A DNA stretch of 60,157 nucleotides, filler included, from Sluysia triapertura (taxonomy: Eukaryota), in NCBI GenBank assembly GCA_046118255.1. It is 5 parts of 5 records of this genome, joined end to end, with 100 filler letters (N's around TTAATTAATTAA, not from the genome) between each part and the next. Parts side by side here need not be neighbours in the genome. Positions count along the whole stretch, not along the records: positions 11,576 to 22,603 come from JBJNIA010189919.1; positions 22,704 to 36,206 come from JBJNIA010036371.1; 3 more parts are not named here. One strand, written 5' to 3'. The position numbers and the translations under genes were made by a program. This document shows positions 11,576 to 24,700 of the stretch, in pieces. Under the pieces are notes generated by a model, which did no database searches, was not told the DNA's origin, and was given only the letters and a program-made list of their open reading frames with translations. How positions within the stretch are numbered: the stretch's first letter is position 1; each line of letters begins with the position of its first letter.

Positions 11576-14500
11576 CATAATTTTAGCTTCCTCCAGATAT
11601 AAAGATTACCTTGAACGTAATTACGTAACAAAAAATATTACTTAATCACAGGTATAAGTATATAATAATGATAAAAAATTAAATTAAAATTCATTTCAAT
11701 CACACAAAGTCGATTTTAGCTAGCTTAATATTAGTACAGAAAGAGATGCTTTTATTTTTATTTTACCACTTAAATTTCTATCGCATTACAATTTTCATTA
11801 GTCATCTAATTCGTGCCTGACGCGGTCATCTTAAAAATTTTATTTAAAAGAAATTAATAAGTATTAATTATCGTAAGGGCGTTTTACTCTTCAAATTTAA
11901 AACAAAATCTTTCGATTATTCCTTTCCACATGATTTAATGAGGGTTAAAATCTATTTAAGAACCACTTTAATTAATTAAATGCCTAAAAGGCTTTAATTA
12001 CACCATACTTTTTATTATTTTATATCTTATAATTGTACTTTATAATAATGAACTTGCATTTGGCTACATAATTTTCCCTTAATGTATAATAAAGTTAATA
12101 AAAGTTAAAAACTAAGGTTAGAACTTTGTTTAATGTTAACGCAAGTATTTAAGATTTGAAGCATGAATACACGATTTTCAGTCATGAGAAGTAAATCCTC
12201 CAGTGAGAGTAAATACAGGAACCAGCTAGTTAAATTCAATTACAAGTGAACGCACAAAGAAATAATAATTTTATACGTGAATTTACTGCCAATTTAGTTA
12301 CAGGCGCCCCTACTGTACGTATTAAATCATGTACTGTAACCTAACCTTGCTAAAGTTTATTTTACCACAGATTAACAGTAAGAAACACCTACAGCAGATA
12401 TCGCACCTTTTGGAACATAGTTTGATTACCATATATTTTGAATACTTTAGAGGTACAGATATATTGAATATTCGTAAGTTTGAATATTACATTTTTTAAT
12501 AAAATCGTTTTTACATTTGTATTACAATGAAATAGTGCATTATTAGCGTTTTCAAAACGCTTGAATAGTGATTTCTACTAAAATGGGCATCGCGCCCTTA
12601 TTATATTGAATTGTTATAATAATTATTATTAATTATTATAATTTATTTTATATGTATTTATTATTATTTATTATTATTATTGTTATTTATTTATTATTAT
12701 TGTTATTATACTGGTCATTATTGTTAATATTATAAGAATAGAACCTGACAATACATTATAAACTGTGTAGTTTGTTTATTGATTTTATTAGATAAAATAA
12801 GTATAAGGTGATATAATGTTTCATTATTTATTTAAAGTACCGCATAATTTCAAATTAATTTGTAATTTTAACTCAAATATAAACCATTGTTTCAAAAATG
12901 ATTAAAATGCTTATTTTTTAGAAGAACCTCCCTCCAACTGTTCAGTTATATGTTGCATTTTTTTCAGCATTAAAGAATTTCAATCAAATTACTTTTACGT
13001 AAGTTGAAATTTAAAAATAATCAATGTTTTTATAATAAACAATTCGAATGAAACTGTTTAACAATAATCTTGCTGTTAGGATCTAAAGTACACTACGGCA
13101 CATATGAGTGATACAGAAACAGTAAAGAAACAGTAATTATTCAACATATCTCAAAATAAAAAATATGCATATTGTTGAATTTATTCTTACTTTCGATCTA
13201 AATAAAACAAATTTAACGATTGTTTTGTTAGATATTATGGTTGGTTTCATAAGTTATATTAGTAGAACTGACTTATAACTTGCCTCGATGATGTGGTCTA
13301 TAAAGTGGAAGTTTGAGATGGGAATGTGCTTTTAAGACACAATTGAAATTTCAAGTCTCTATATCCAAAAAAATGAAATGATTATAAAAACTGTTACAAC
13401 TAAACAAACAGCATAAAAAGGACATACTTAATTGTGTGCAAATGTCTCGACAAATACTTAATATAAAATATATTTAGTTAAAAACATTGGTGATCCAACT
13501 CTTTACGCAAGATTTTATTACAATCATTACATAAAAAACATACATCATCTGAACAAAATTAATTTTCACCATAAACCTTCAAATATTCTAATTTTTACAC
13601 AAATGAACTAAACTATGATAATGAAATTTCAAACAAAATGAGTTGATAATTCAATTACTTTAACTGGTCTTATTCTTTTATGTACGTATTCTAGTGATTT
13701 ACAGCAATCGTTCCTATAGAAAGAACCAAGAAGAAAGAATTTAAATACGACAAAAGAACACTATTTTTGAACAATATGCAGAAAGAAATAGTTCAAAACG
13801 ATCAGATTAGGAGTTATGAAAGCATGGTACCGTGATTGTAATAATTCACTGAAGAAGACTGTAACTCCAGAAATTAGTAAAAATTACTTATATCAGAAAT
13901 TATCAAATACTTATATCAAATATATCAGAAATTAAAAAAGATGCATAAATTACACCTAAATTAAAAATAATGTATAAGAACAATAATGAAGAAATCGAAA
14001 CATCCATGAAGAAAAACAAGATAAAATTGTCCAGATTTACCAATAATTCTACTCGGCAAAAATAAAGGTTAATTGAAGTGGATAATTGCAACTGAATTTA
14101 ACAAAATACAAACTTTAAAGAAAAGCATTTTCACGAGAATTAATTAAGTCAAAAGTTCTTTTTAAACAAAGCAAGATATTCATGGATTACCTAAAAACCA
14201 GACATTATTAAAAACAAAAATTAAACTTCAAATAAACTAATACAAAAATGAGTTACGGGTTGATGAATGTTCTTTTCAAAGCGATTTTTATCAAGATTTT
14301 CAACCAGAAGATTTTTAACATTATTTTTTAGGATTGTATTATTTGATAATTCACCATTAAAAGAATAAGAATTTATGTATTTCATGCGTTTATTTGTAAA
14401 AAAATAATAATAATGATAATAATAATAATAATAATAATAAAAAAATGACTCGTTTAAAATGAAATGCCAATATGGCTGCCAAAATTAAAAAGACGCACTA

Positions 14501-17500
14501 TTAAAATATACAATCAAATGTGAATTGGCTACATTATTGGCTACATTCACATTTCATTTATGTAAAATATTGCCAATGGATTTGTCTAGATATGTGTGTG
14601 CTATTCAATGTAGTAAAATAGAAATTCACGAAAACACGAGGGATAGGAGAAAATCTAGAATAAGCAAATAATTGGCTGAAAAGTTGTAAAAACAAAAAAC
14701 ATTTCACAATTAAAAAGTTAATTACAATTTGAGCTTCCCAGACAAAATTAAGAGGTCAATTAAAATTAGTAAGAATTTGAGAGAAAATGTAAGACAATAA
14801 AATTGCTTAAAATCTTGATGTTGAAAAATAAAGTTAATCATGTTTATGCAATCATTTTCGAATAAAATGAAAACGCTCCCTGTTAAAATCAAATCAGACA
14901 TACTATAAGGCATGGCTTTTGAAGCTTAACTCAAACATGAATCATTAAGAGTTATCTTGAGCGGTAGAGACGAGACGCTTTAAGTTAAAAGTAATAACTG
15001 CAATTCAGATATTAATGCAAACATTAAATATGACGAGTTCTATGTTTACGTGATTGTAAAGTACGATGAGTTCGATGTAGATTTTGTTATTAAATGCTAT
15101 AAATTTAACGTCCACTTAACTATAAAATGTTATGAATATGTTATTCTTAAAATAGAATATAAGGCGTTTAATGTCATACTTCTTACTATACACTTAAAGT
15201 CAAGAAAAAATAAATGCAAAATATAATAAATTTAATTTCTAACAATCAAACATGAAGAAATTCTTAATCTACACATAAACATTGATAAATCAATTATAAA
15301 ATTAAATATAAAGCACAAAGAATTGATTGATAATCTGAAAATATTGTATGATGATTTAAATAATGAATATATAGTAATTTATGATCAATAAACAAAGTAT
15401 TTAAAGAATTAAATCGTGTATGAATGTTGATGAGTTAGCGAACATTAATTAGTGAATAATAGGTAGAATATTCTGGACAGCTGAATACTGACTGATACAT
15501 AAGTTACACAGTATTGCATGTTCGAAAATAGTAAATAAGAAATAATAACTATCAATCAGTAAATTATTAACCAGTAATTAGTCATTATTATTGATAGTAA
15601 ATATCAAATGATCTAATTAAAAAATAGATTATGAAATATATAATGATTCAAATAGTAATATTAATAAGCAAATTATGTAATACAGTATGTTTCAAACTCG
15701 GAAATTTTAATCAGTAAATTATAATATGCAGTGATCCAGATAAATGAATATTGATAAATAAGTTAACCATATCAAATGATATATGACAGTAAATAGTGAT
15801 AGATAATTAGTGTCACAAGAAATAATTTTTGATCAATACTTACAAAATACCAAATGTTCCAATTAATAAATAAATTATAAAATATTTATCCAAATAGTGT
15901 ATATTAATAGGTAAATAATAAACTATATTTTCTTTACCTTATAATTCTAACTTTAATTTTGTTCTTTCTAATTACTTTTAATTTTTTAATTATTTGTCCT
16001 TTTACAGCAGTTCCTACTATATTTATATCATATTTATAAAACAAATCGGTAATCATGACTCATTATGCTACTATATGTCCAATTTCAATTTATAGCTGTA
16101 AAATTTAAAACTTTAGTGTTTAGCTTATAATTTAGCTCATAATTTAATAAGAGTGATTGAGGTCTCTTGTATATTAATTTAGTTGATTATAGATATTATA
16201 CTTTAATCAGTATAACGTATCAATTAAATGTTATACTCCTTTTAATCTTCACTTTTGCCAAATATCAAACTTATTATTTCAATAGGGCTTATACTTCGGT
16301 TTATCAGTTTTAATCTATCAGATAATTTTTATTTCAGAAACTGAGTTCGGTACTCGTCTCTTGTGCTCGAGATAGAAAGTACTTCATCAATAGAAAGTTA
16401 CAAACTTTACTTATTAAAACACTAATCAAATAACTTATTTATTCAACGGATAACAAAATCAAACAAAAATCTTTTTCTTTTTCAGTTATGAAACGAATAA
16501 AATTTTATTAAATTGTATTACAAAATTAAATTAGTTTAAATCTTAGTTTACCTAGGCCGAAATTAGGTTAACTGATTCTCGATTGAAAGTCGTATCAAGG
16601 AACTTCGATAGAGTAATATTCTAATTGATATATTCGTTGTCTGAATCGTTATAATTTCCTGCGACAATTGAACCTTCATCAATCAATAGTTAGCATCAAT
16701 TATTTATAATAGAATAATTATATTCGAATTTAACGTGGTTTATTGTATTTATATTACAGCCAGTGATTATTAATTTCAGTCAACAGTAATGAATACACTT
16801 AATTTCAGCCGATTACTCGAATTTATTAATATAATCAGTAATGAATGAAATAAATATAAAAATTTCAGTAATTGTATAACAAATTTATACACTAGAATTT
16901 ATTGATAGATTTAAATCACTTTATTTCAGTTCGCTTTTTGAAATAGAATTCTCAGCCTGTTATTTTACATACATTCACTAATTCATTTTATTTTTTAATA
17001 TGGCTCGCCATCAATTTTAGTATTCAATTTTAGCCTGATTCAATAAGGTCATTAAATTTATAGAACATTTAATACATGAACATTCAATATATTACTTATA
17101 ATTCAATGTTAACGATAATTTTTTCTAGTGCAAAACACTATCAATCATTATTATATTCAGTACATTTCGTACAATCACTATCATTCAATACATTCAACCA
17201 ATTACACTATTAAATTGTAGCTCACCATTAGATATATGTGCCTTTATTAATTACGATATTAACATTTAATACTTAATACTAATATTTTCGGTGTAACATT
17301 CGAGGATAAACATTCAGTTAAAGAGATTCCATTATATTTACATTGCATTTACTTGAGTATTACACAAACATTCAATACTATGGTACTATTAGATACTATT
17401 ACATTAGAGTAACATAACCCTCTTAAGGTTTAAAAGGCATTGAATGAATATTAACATGTGTTGCTAAATGGACAAAAATTCCCATTCATAGAACCAATTT

Positions 17501-17927
17501 AAATCTATGATTTAAACATTCGATTACGACATTGAGTATTATGTTGCTAACATAGCTAACTAATTTCAGTCTCTACATTAATGTAGATAATGTGGCCACT
17601 TTTTTCAATACATTATTTAATATTATAATTCATATGTGTATTCATATATTCTATATTTTCTAATTATTAGTTCGTTTATATTTTTATTCATTTATTTCTA
17701 TTTTAATAAAATCACAGATTTTTTGATCTTCCAACGCCATCGTCTGATCTCTAATTTTTTGATTTGCTAATTGAGGGCCAATTTCAAACAAGTCCCATTT
17801 TTAATTTTACCATTTACTTTGAATTTTAGACCATATTGTACTTAGTTTTAGTTATGTTTTTAAGATTACTTAGATGTTCTTAGATTTAAACGTTTATTTT
17901 GATTTTATTTTTACTTTATACTCTCAC

Positions 17928-17965
<38 letters not shown>
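17928..17965. repeat. (AAT)n microsatellite at the PIGA exon donor
   Basis: 38 nt of perfect repeat. Confidence 0.95.
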
Positions 17966-17966
<1 letters not shown>

Positions 17967-18049
17967 CCGCAACAAGCTGCTTCAATAATGGCAATACAAA
18001 ATGCTTCTGTTAAAGAAGCACTGATAAAAATTTGACCTTTATTAATAAT
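17967..18049 (-). CDS. PIGA: PIGA internal exon (IINKGQIFISASLTEAFCIAIIEAACCG); may extend to 17928
   Basis: Matches the PIGA/GPI3 motif G-x-IF-x-x-SLTEAFC-x-AI-x-EAA-x-CG; acceptor ttaattcAG; phase 0 join to the 20760 exon. Confidence 0.9.
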
Positions 18050-20138
18050 CTGAATTAACGAAAACAATTTATATTAAAGTATAATACTTGATGTCCCAAA
18101 AGTCATCGTCGAAAAAGAGTAAACTATTGTATGAAACTGTTTTATTCTAAAAGTGGTAAATATAGATATATAATATTTAAACAATTAATAAATTAAAGAA
18201 TTTTTAAAAAGTGATAAATTTGCATACTTACTTTTTCATTGATAACTTTTAGGACAAGATATTTATCACGTATATTTTTATGTAAATCATATATAATTTT
18301 GTTTATGCGAATAGGATTAGATTTTATTTATTAATTTATTATTATTATTATTAAACTATTGAAAAATTATAGTAAAGTAATTAAATGAACTCAGCCTCAG
18401 TTAAATTATTTTGCTTGGTGTTTAAAACTAAAAGAAATAACGAATAAAGGCTAAAAGATAAAACCGAGTCTAAATTTGAAATTCATAAATTTATTCTTTA
18501 AAAAACACTTCCGATGCCTCATATATTAAATAATGAATCATCCTAATTTGTACCAATTAGCAATATTTTTTATAATGATTCGTTTGATTGGTCGCATTAA
18601 TTCAGCAATAATTCTTTCCCTAATATCGAGTACACGTTTATTGATTTCAAATATTTGACCAACATCTCTTATAAAAGTTTTATATGTTATACAATTAGTT
18701 TTTCGTGCACTGCATAAAATTTTCCATTTCTTTCTGTTTCTTAAAATCAGCAAACTGAACGAAGAAAAATGCGAGTTGTGCATGCATTTTTAGGACAATA
18801 AAATAATTGTATTAAAATAAATATGAAAATGTTTCATTTTTGAATATTTAAATTTCAGTTTAAATTATCATTATACAATTTTACTTTTAATTTAACATTT
18901 ACTAAATAAATTCTTTTGTTAAATATATTTTATTTTATATATAATTTAGCTTTTTAAAAATATAAAGACACGTGCAATATTAGTAAAAAAATGTTAACTT
19001 TTTTGAAATTAAAAGGAACTGCAGTTTATATAATATATCAAAACTTTTATTAATACCGCAAAAATATATGGATTAGCTGTATGTATAGCTTTACTAAAAC
19101 AGTATTTATTCTGCTCATTGAAGTTTTAGTTTAGAGTTTATTTTCAAAATCAAATTATTAGTATTATACTGTATTACTTTTGATTTTCTCGATATCAATC
19201 TCAAAGAACTTTACTTGATGATAATATATGCCTATCAAATATTTATATGTGGTAACGGGAATCCTATACTCGTCTCAGCTGTTCGAGCTTGAAAAAATCA
19301 AAATTTTGGAGTTAAAGGTTTTGAACATGTATTTGTAAAGTAGTTAATTAATATTACATTACAATATGTTAAATTATGGAAGTTTATTAATTTATTAAAA
19401 ATAGCACTAGTTACATTTATTTTTAAATTTCTTTAACTACTTTGTTATTATAATTACCACACAAGCAAAAACGTAAAATTTTATTATTAGATGTAAAACA
19501 ACTAAATTTTATAACGCTTATTATAAAAATTTCGAGTTAAACGTTAAACTATATATATTTTGATCCGTGCTATATCTGTTCAGTTCTGAAATATAAATGA
19601 TAAGGATAAAAGTCATTATCATAGATAAAAAATTACAATTACTTTAAGAGAAAGTTTACTAACTAAAAAAGAGTTAGTGCTTTGTGCTGGAAACGATTTT
19701 GAAAACCACTGTGCTTGGGCTTGTTGTAAAATTGACTTGAATGTATCGACGCCAAGAGATTGTCCACTCTTTGCCTATGTTCACCTACTTCTTGTTCATT
19801 TCCATTCATTTGAGAGACATTGTGGTAAAAACTTCAGAATTTGCCGAACCTGATACATACTTCAAGAGCATCTGATTGATATGGGCATTGTGCTATGCGT
19901 TTTTGACTAGGTAAGGTAACATTAGCAAAAATCATTGAATGGTCATAATCTAACTTTATAACATCAGACTTTCTCGATTCTTTGTTTTAATAGAAGAATT
20001 AATTATTTATAATTAATTGTTTATAATAACAATAATAATAATTTTAATATTTAAATTTGATACATTAATAATTTAAAATATCCAAAACACAATAAAATAC
20101 ACACAATATACATAATTATAATAATATATAATAAGTTA

Positions 20139-20139
<1 letters not shown>

Positions 20140-20196
<57 letters not shown>
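20140..20196. repeat. (TTA)n microsatellite
   Basis: Long perfect trinucleotide run. Confidence 0.95.
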
Positions 20197-20199
<3 letters not shown>

Positions 20200-20759
20200 C
20201 GATTATTTTAATTTTAAATTAATTATATGATTTTATTTACAATAGTGAAATTTAATGTTTATACAATACGGTTTTATATAATCCCAATTTAAATTAATTT
20301 TTTTATTTATCTTATCAATCATAATATTGGAGTTGAATGTTTCTAAACTTTAATTTCCTATCATTTCTGTGCAATCTAAATTTAAGATGATTTAATTATC
20401 CAGTCAATTAAAGTTTAGTGTTGATAAAATTTTAATTTCATGTTATTTCTATACAATCTCAACTTAAGATGATTTAACTATTTTTTATTAAAACATGAGC
20501 ATTCTTAAAGCACGCAGAATTCTCAGATATTCCATTTTAATCAAACATTACACAATTTTATTTACGATATTTTGTAGAAAATTTTAATATTTTATGAATA
20601 TTAATTTACAGAAATTCCTTGTTGTACATTTATGTAATTTTCAAATAAATAAAAATTAATAAGATAAAATTAGTAAGGTAAAATTGCTAAGATAAAAATT
20701 AATAAAAGCGAAAAGAATTATATTAATATATGTTATACTTGTATTTTAATATTCCGAAC

Positions 20760-20974
20760 CTGAGGTACTTCATGATTTTTAACAGCACCAATAAATTCAA
20801 TTCTTGAGAACAATTGATAATCTTCTTTTACCTGTTCTAGATCAACTCGTTTGGGACCATGCCCAGCAATAATAAATCTTAATTTAGGATATTTTTGACA
20901 TAATTTTGGAATCACACCGCACAATAAATCAACTCCTTTTCTATAAACCAAGCGACTGATGACGATAGCAGTAA
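20760..20974 (-). CDS. PIGA: PIGA internal exon (GPI GlcNAc-transferase subunit A)
   Basis: TAIVISRLVYRKGVDLLCGVIPKLCQKYPKLRFIIAGHGPKR matches the PIGA SRLVYRKG motif; acceptor ttctattttAG, donor CAG|GTTCGG; 215 nt. Confidence 0.93.
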
Positions 20975-21209
20975 CTAAAATAGAAACAAAAAATAGTTAA
21001 AACATTTATTTATGTTTAATTGTAAAAAATATGTAGTGCAACAAATAATATTAAACTTAATAGAAAGAAATTCCAAAATGTATAAAATTTACTTTGTATG
21101 ACAAAGAAATGTAAATATGGTAAAATTATTGTATTATTTAAAAATTACAAGAATAAACATGAATGACAGAGTTGTAATAAAAATAATCATTTAATTTATT
21201 TATTGATAA

Positions 21210-21520
21210 ACTAACTGTACTCGTTCACACGTTGCTAAGTTTATACATAATTTATTAATGATCAAATGTATACAATACATCAAAATAAAAATTAACAATA
21301 AAATTATCCATACATATATAACGTTTGAATATAACATATGTACAAAACATAGATATTCGTGGTTACCATGGTTGCACCTAGAACTCCAACTCTGATTTAA
21401 AAAATTTTCAAAAACCTTCCCGGGGATATACCTAATAATTTCCCAAATTTTCACGGCCATTGGATGTATGGTTTTTGAATCTGTCGAGTACAGACAGACA
21501 GACAGACAACAAAACTCTTT
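21210..21520 (+). mobile_element. Possible non-autonomous Helitron/Helentron-type (DINE-like) element
   Basis: ACTAACTGTACTCG...CACGTTGC start, CCAAATTTTCACGGCCATTGG core and (CAGA)n tract at 21490-21508, a layout known from such elements. Confidence 0.4.
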
Positions 21521-22603
21521 ACAAATATTTATTTACGTTTACTAAAAATAACTTTAAAAAATATTTTATTCTTTATATTGGGGTTAGTCTTACGAATATT
21601 AATATTTATAAATTAAATCGACCAAACATTTTTATACTCCCTTCGTCGGATTTACATTTTTCTCAAAAATTAAGAAAAAGTGGCTTTTAAAAGTTAACTT
21701 ACACTTGTATAGGTGAAGTTTTTGACAGCAACTAAAAATTTTGTAATTTTTCGTAGAATATAAGCTGAATTGAACTCAAATATTCTGAATAAAATTTTTC
21801 TTGCGCATCATTATAAATATTTTGTAAGCTTCCAATTTCCATAAATTTTGATTTTGGGCTTTATGAACGTGTACAAGACATCATCAATTAAGTTTAAATG
21901 ACTCAAGTGACTCCTAAACGTTTATAAGAAACGATATTTGTAGTTAATTTGCAACAAAATATATAACTTTATGTTTTTGGATCTGATTTATTTTGATAAT
22001 TTTTCAAAAATATTAATCTTTAAAGAAATCTGACACTCAGTTTTGACGAAGTAAGTACTTATTTTTATGAAACTTACATTTTAATAAATAATTTTAATTT
22101 AATTTTCTTTAATTAACATTTTTAAATTTATACGCAGAAAATCAACTCAATACATGAAAATTTATTGTGAAATAAAATTTACCAAGAGTTAACAAAAACT
22201 TAGCAATAAAATAGAAATAATTTTGAAGTGAATGTCAAATAACATAATTCGTACGATTATTAAAATAATATGGCTAAACAAACAAAGAATATCTGCATGC
22301 ATCTATGCAGCCAAACACCAACTAAAAATTATAAAATATAGCACAAGTCAATATACAATTCACTGGAATATAAAAGTATAATTCTTCGGAATCTAAAGAT
22401 ATGTCGGCATTTTGAACTTTTCTTATAAAGACAAAGTAAAGTATGTCTACATTTAATTTGATTGAAAAATAATTCGCTGAACCAAATTTGTAAATATAAA
22501 AAATTATAAACAAAAAGTATTTTATATAATTTAACCTTTATCGTACGAATGGTTAATATATTAACCACTGTTTGTACTCGTTGTTTGCCGAATGGTCTAT
22601 ATA

Positions 22604-22703
22604 NNNNNNNNNNNNNNNNNNNNNNNNNNNNNNNNNNNNNNNNNNNNTTAATTAATTAANNNNNNNNNNNNNNNNNNNNNNNNNNNNNNNNNNNNNNNNN
22701 NNN
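22604..22703. other. Assembly spacer
   Basis: N44-TTAATTAATTAA-N44. Confidence 0.97.
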
Positions 22704-22849
22704 AAAAGGAACTTTAAAGAAGATTGAGAATTTATAATATAACTTCTTAAAGACATAAGATAATGCGTAGAGCGTTTCAGTGTAATATTAACTGTTATTT
22801 TTTGCACTTCAAATGAATTAATTTTTGATGTTAGCATACACCTTAATGT

Positions 22850-23316
22850 TTTAAATTAAATAATGTTTCTGGCTGAAGATGTATTAAGGTGTAAATGTTT
22901 ACGATTCTTTGTGAATGCCGATTAATGTTTTTAAGTGAAGGTAATGTTAGAATATTAGGATTTAATGGTATAAGATCGTGAATTTATGGTGTTTGATTTT
23001 CTTTGGTGATGTATACTGATTAGTTTTGAATGTGATTGTGATTGAATTGTTTTGAGATCAAAGGCAAAATACTTTAGATGAATACTTTAGATGGTTTAAG
23101 ACGTTATTGTGGTTTGGATGTTATGAGGTTATGTGTTTAATTGATTTTGACGGATGAAGATGTTTTAAATGGATGTAAAAGAGAGTTATGAAAGTGTTCA
23201 AATGTTTATAAGTATAGTTTTTTGTAGAATGTGTTGATTTAATTTAGTGTTATTTTATGTTTATTTTGGGTATATTTAAAGGGAATGTTTATTAAGGAAA
23301 TAGGTTGGCCATCACA
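22850..23316 (-). mobile_element. LTR-like sequence abutting and interrupting pol
   Basis: Begins TGTGATGGCCAACCTATTTC on -, nearly identical to the terminus at 29094; A/C-rich and G-poor on -; no polypurine tract precedes it. Confidence 0.65.
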
Positions 23317-23800
23317 ATAGGTTCGGGTGAATTTGTTGTAAGTATTGAGCTGCATTATTATTATCGTTGAGATCCTCGAGTTTGATTTTAATATTGTTTA
23401 GCTGTTCGAAGGACTTTTTTAAAGTTTTGTTGTGGCAATCAACTAGAAGTTTGTAATGGATAAGAAAGTCGGCTCCTATTATTGGTTGCTGGACTGCGGA
23501 AGTTAGAAAAGTCCATTCGAAGATTTTATTAAAGTGTGGCAATTTAAATTGTAGTTTTCTGGAGCCATAGCAGGTAACAGTTGTTCTGTTACCTGCTGTA
23601 AGAAAGGAACGTGTCTCTGGTGTGTTTCTGATGAAACGTTGGGGGTATTACAGACACGGCAGCTTCAGTATCTATTAAAAAATCCAATTTGTTGTACTTA
23701 AAATCGGTAAAGGTTAGCGTCACTGTGAAGATACCATTAATTGCCAAATGTTTCGGTCTAGCCGCTTTGATCATTGGCAAATTTATTTTTTTGATGTTGG
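23317..23800 (-). pseudogene. Ty3/gypsy aspartic protease remnant
   Basis: FLIDTEAAVSVIPP (DTG mutated to DTE) and QQPIIGADFLIHYKLLVD in different frames. Confidence 0.88.
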
Positions 23801-23821
23801 GTTAAGATTTCTAATATGAAT

Positions 23822-24700
23822 TCAGCCATCCATGCATCTTTTAGAGTTTTTCTGAAAGTGTACATGATACACACATAAGTTTTTTATCGTTAAATTAGTT
23901 GATTTATTTGGGAATTTACATCCCAATAAGCAAGACTTGGCTTGTTGTTGGAATCTGTTGCGGTAGTAACAGATTCCGTTGAAAGGTTTTTTGTTTCTAT
24001 AAGAGGAACTTGTTGAGAAGGTGGGAGAATTGGTTCTTCTTATTGGTGAATTCTCTCTTGATTTTGACAATAATATTTTTGTGAGGTCTGAAACTTGTTT
24101 TGTAAGGTTTTGAACCTGTAAGAAAAGATTTTGAGTTTCCGTATTAGTTGTTGTTGCAGTGTATTTTTGGTTATTTGGAGAAGAATCATTCATTATGTAA
24201 AGAGGTTGTTGATGATTCTTATTCCAAACTACAATGATGTTATCGGCGATCTTAGTTAGTTCGTCGATTTTAGTATTTTGTGTTCCTGCGAGTATGCCTG
24301 AACTGTTAGGGATATAGCATCGAGGAACAATCGTAGTTTCCATTGAGGTCACATCCGAAGGGTGCTAAGTCTGTTTTGATTTTTTCTAAGAATTCGGAAG
24401 GTGAAAGGGTACCAAGTGTTTGTACCTTAAAGTAGTCTTGGAAGACTTTTTCCGAATTTGGGCGATATTCTTGTATGACGATTTGTTTGAGTTCGTCATA
24501 AGGAGATTTTGAAACGATGCACGTTTGAATTTTTGGACTGATTTTACTTAGAAGTGCTTGTGGTAACATCGCTAGGGTGTGATTAAACTTCATAGTTTGG
24601 TGTTTAATCGCACTGGTTTTAAACATGGCTTCAACAACCAAATACCATGTGCTTGGAGAACCTGTGTCATCCAAGAAAAATTGAGACGACGAAGGATCTT
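23822..24700 (-). pseudogene. Ty3/gypsy gag remnant, CsRn1-like (CHCC knuckles), frameshifted
   Basis: PSTWYLVVEAMF...KFNHTLAMLP...PYDELKQIVI...LGTLSPSEFL N-terminus; CYYRNRFQQQAKSCLLGC and CVYHVHFQKNSKRC motifs. Confidence 0.88.

Noticed and set aside
12150-12430. Next PIGA exon
   Set aside because: No frame gives the expected VST-x-VGG-x-PEVLP.
13200-17580. Coding-like decay (13200-14350) and two LTR-like blocks
   Set aside because: Probably mobile-element debris, but no motif, TSD or PBS could be pinned down.
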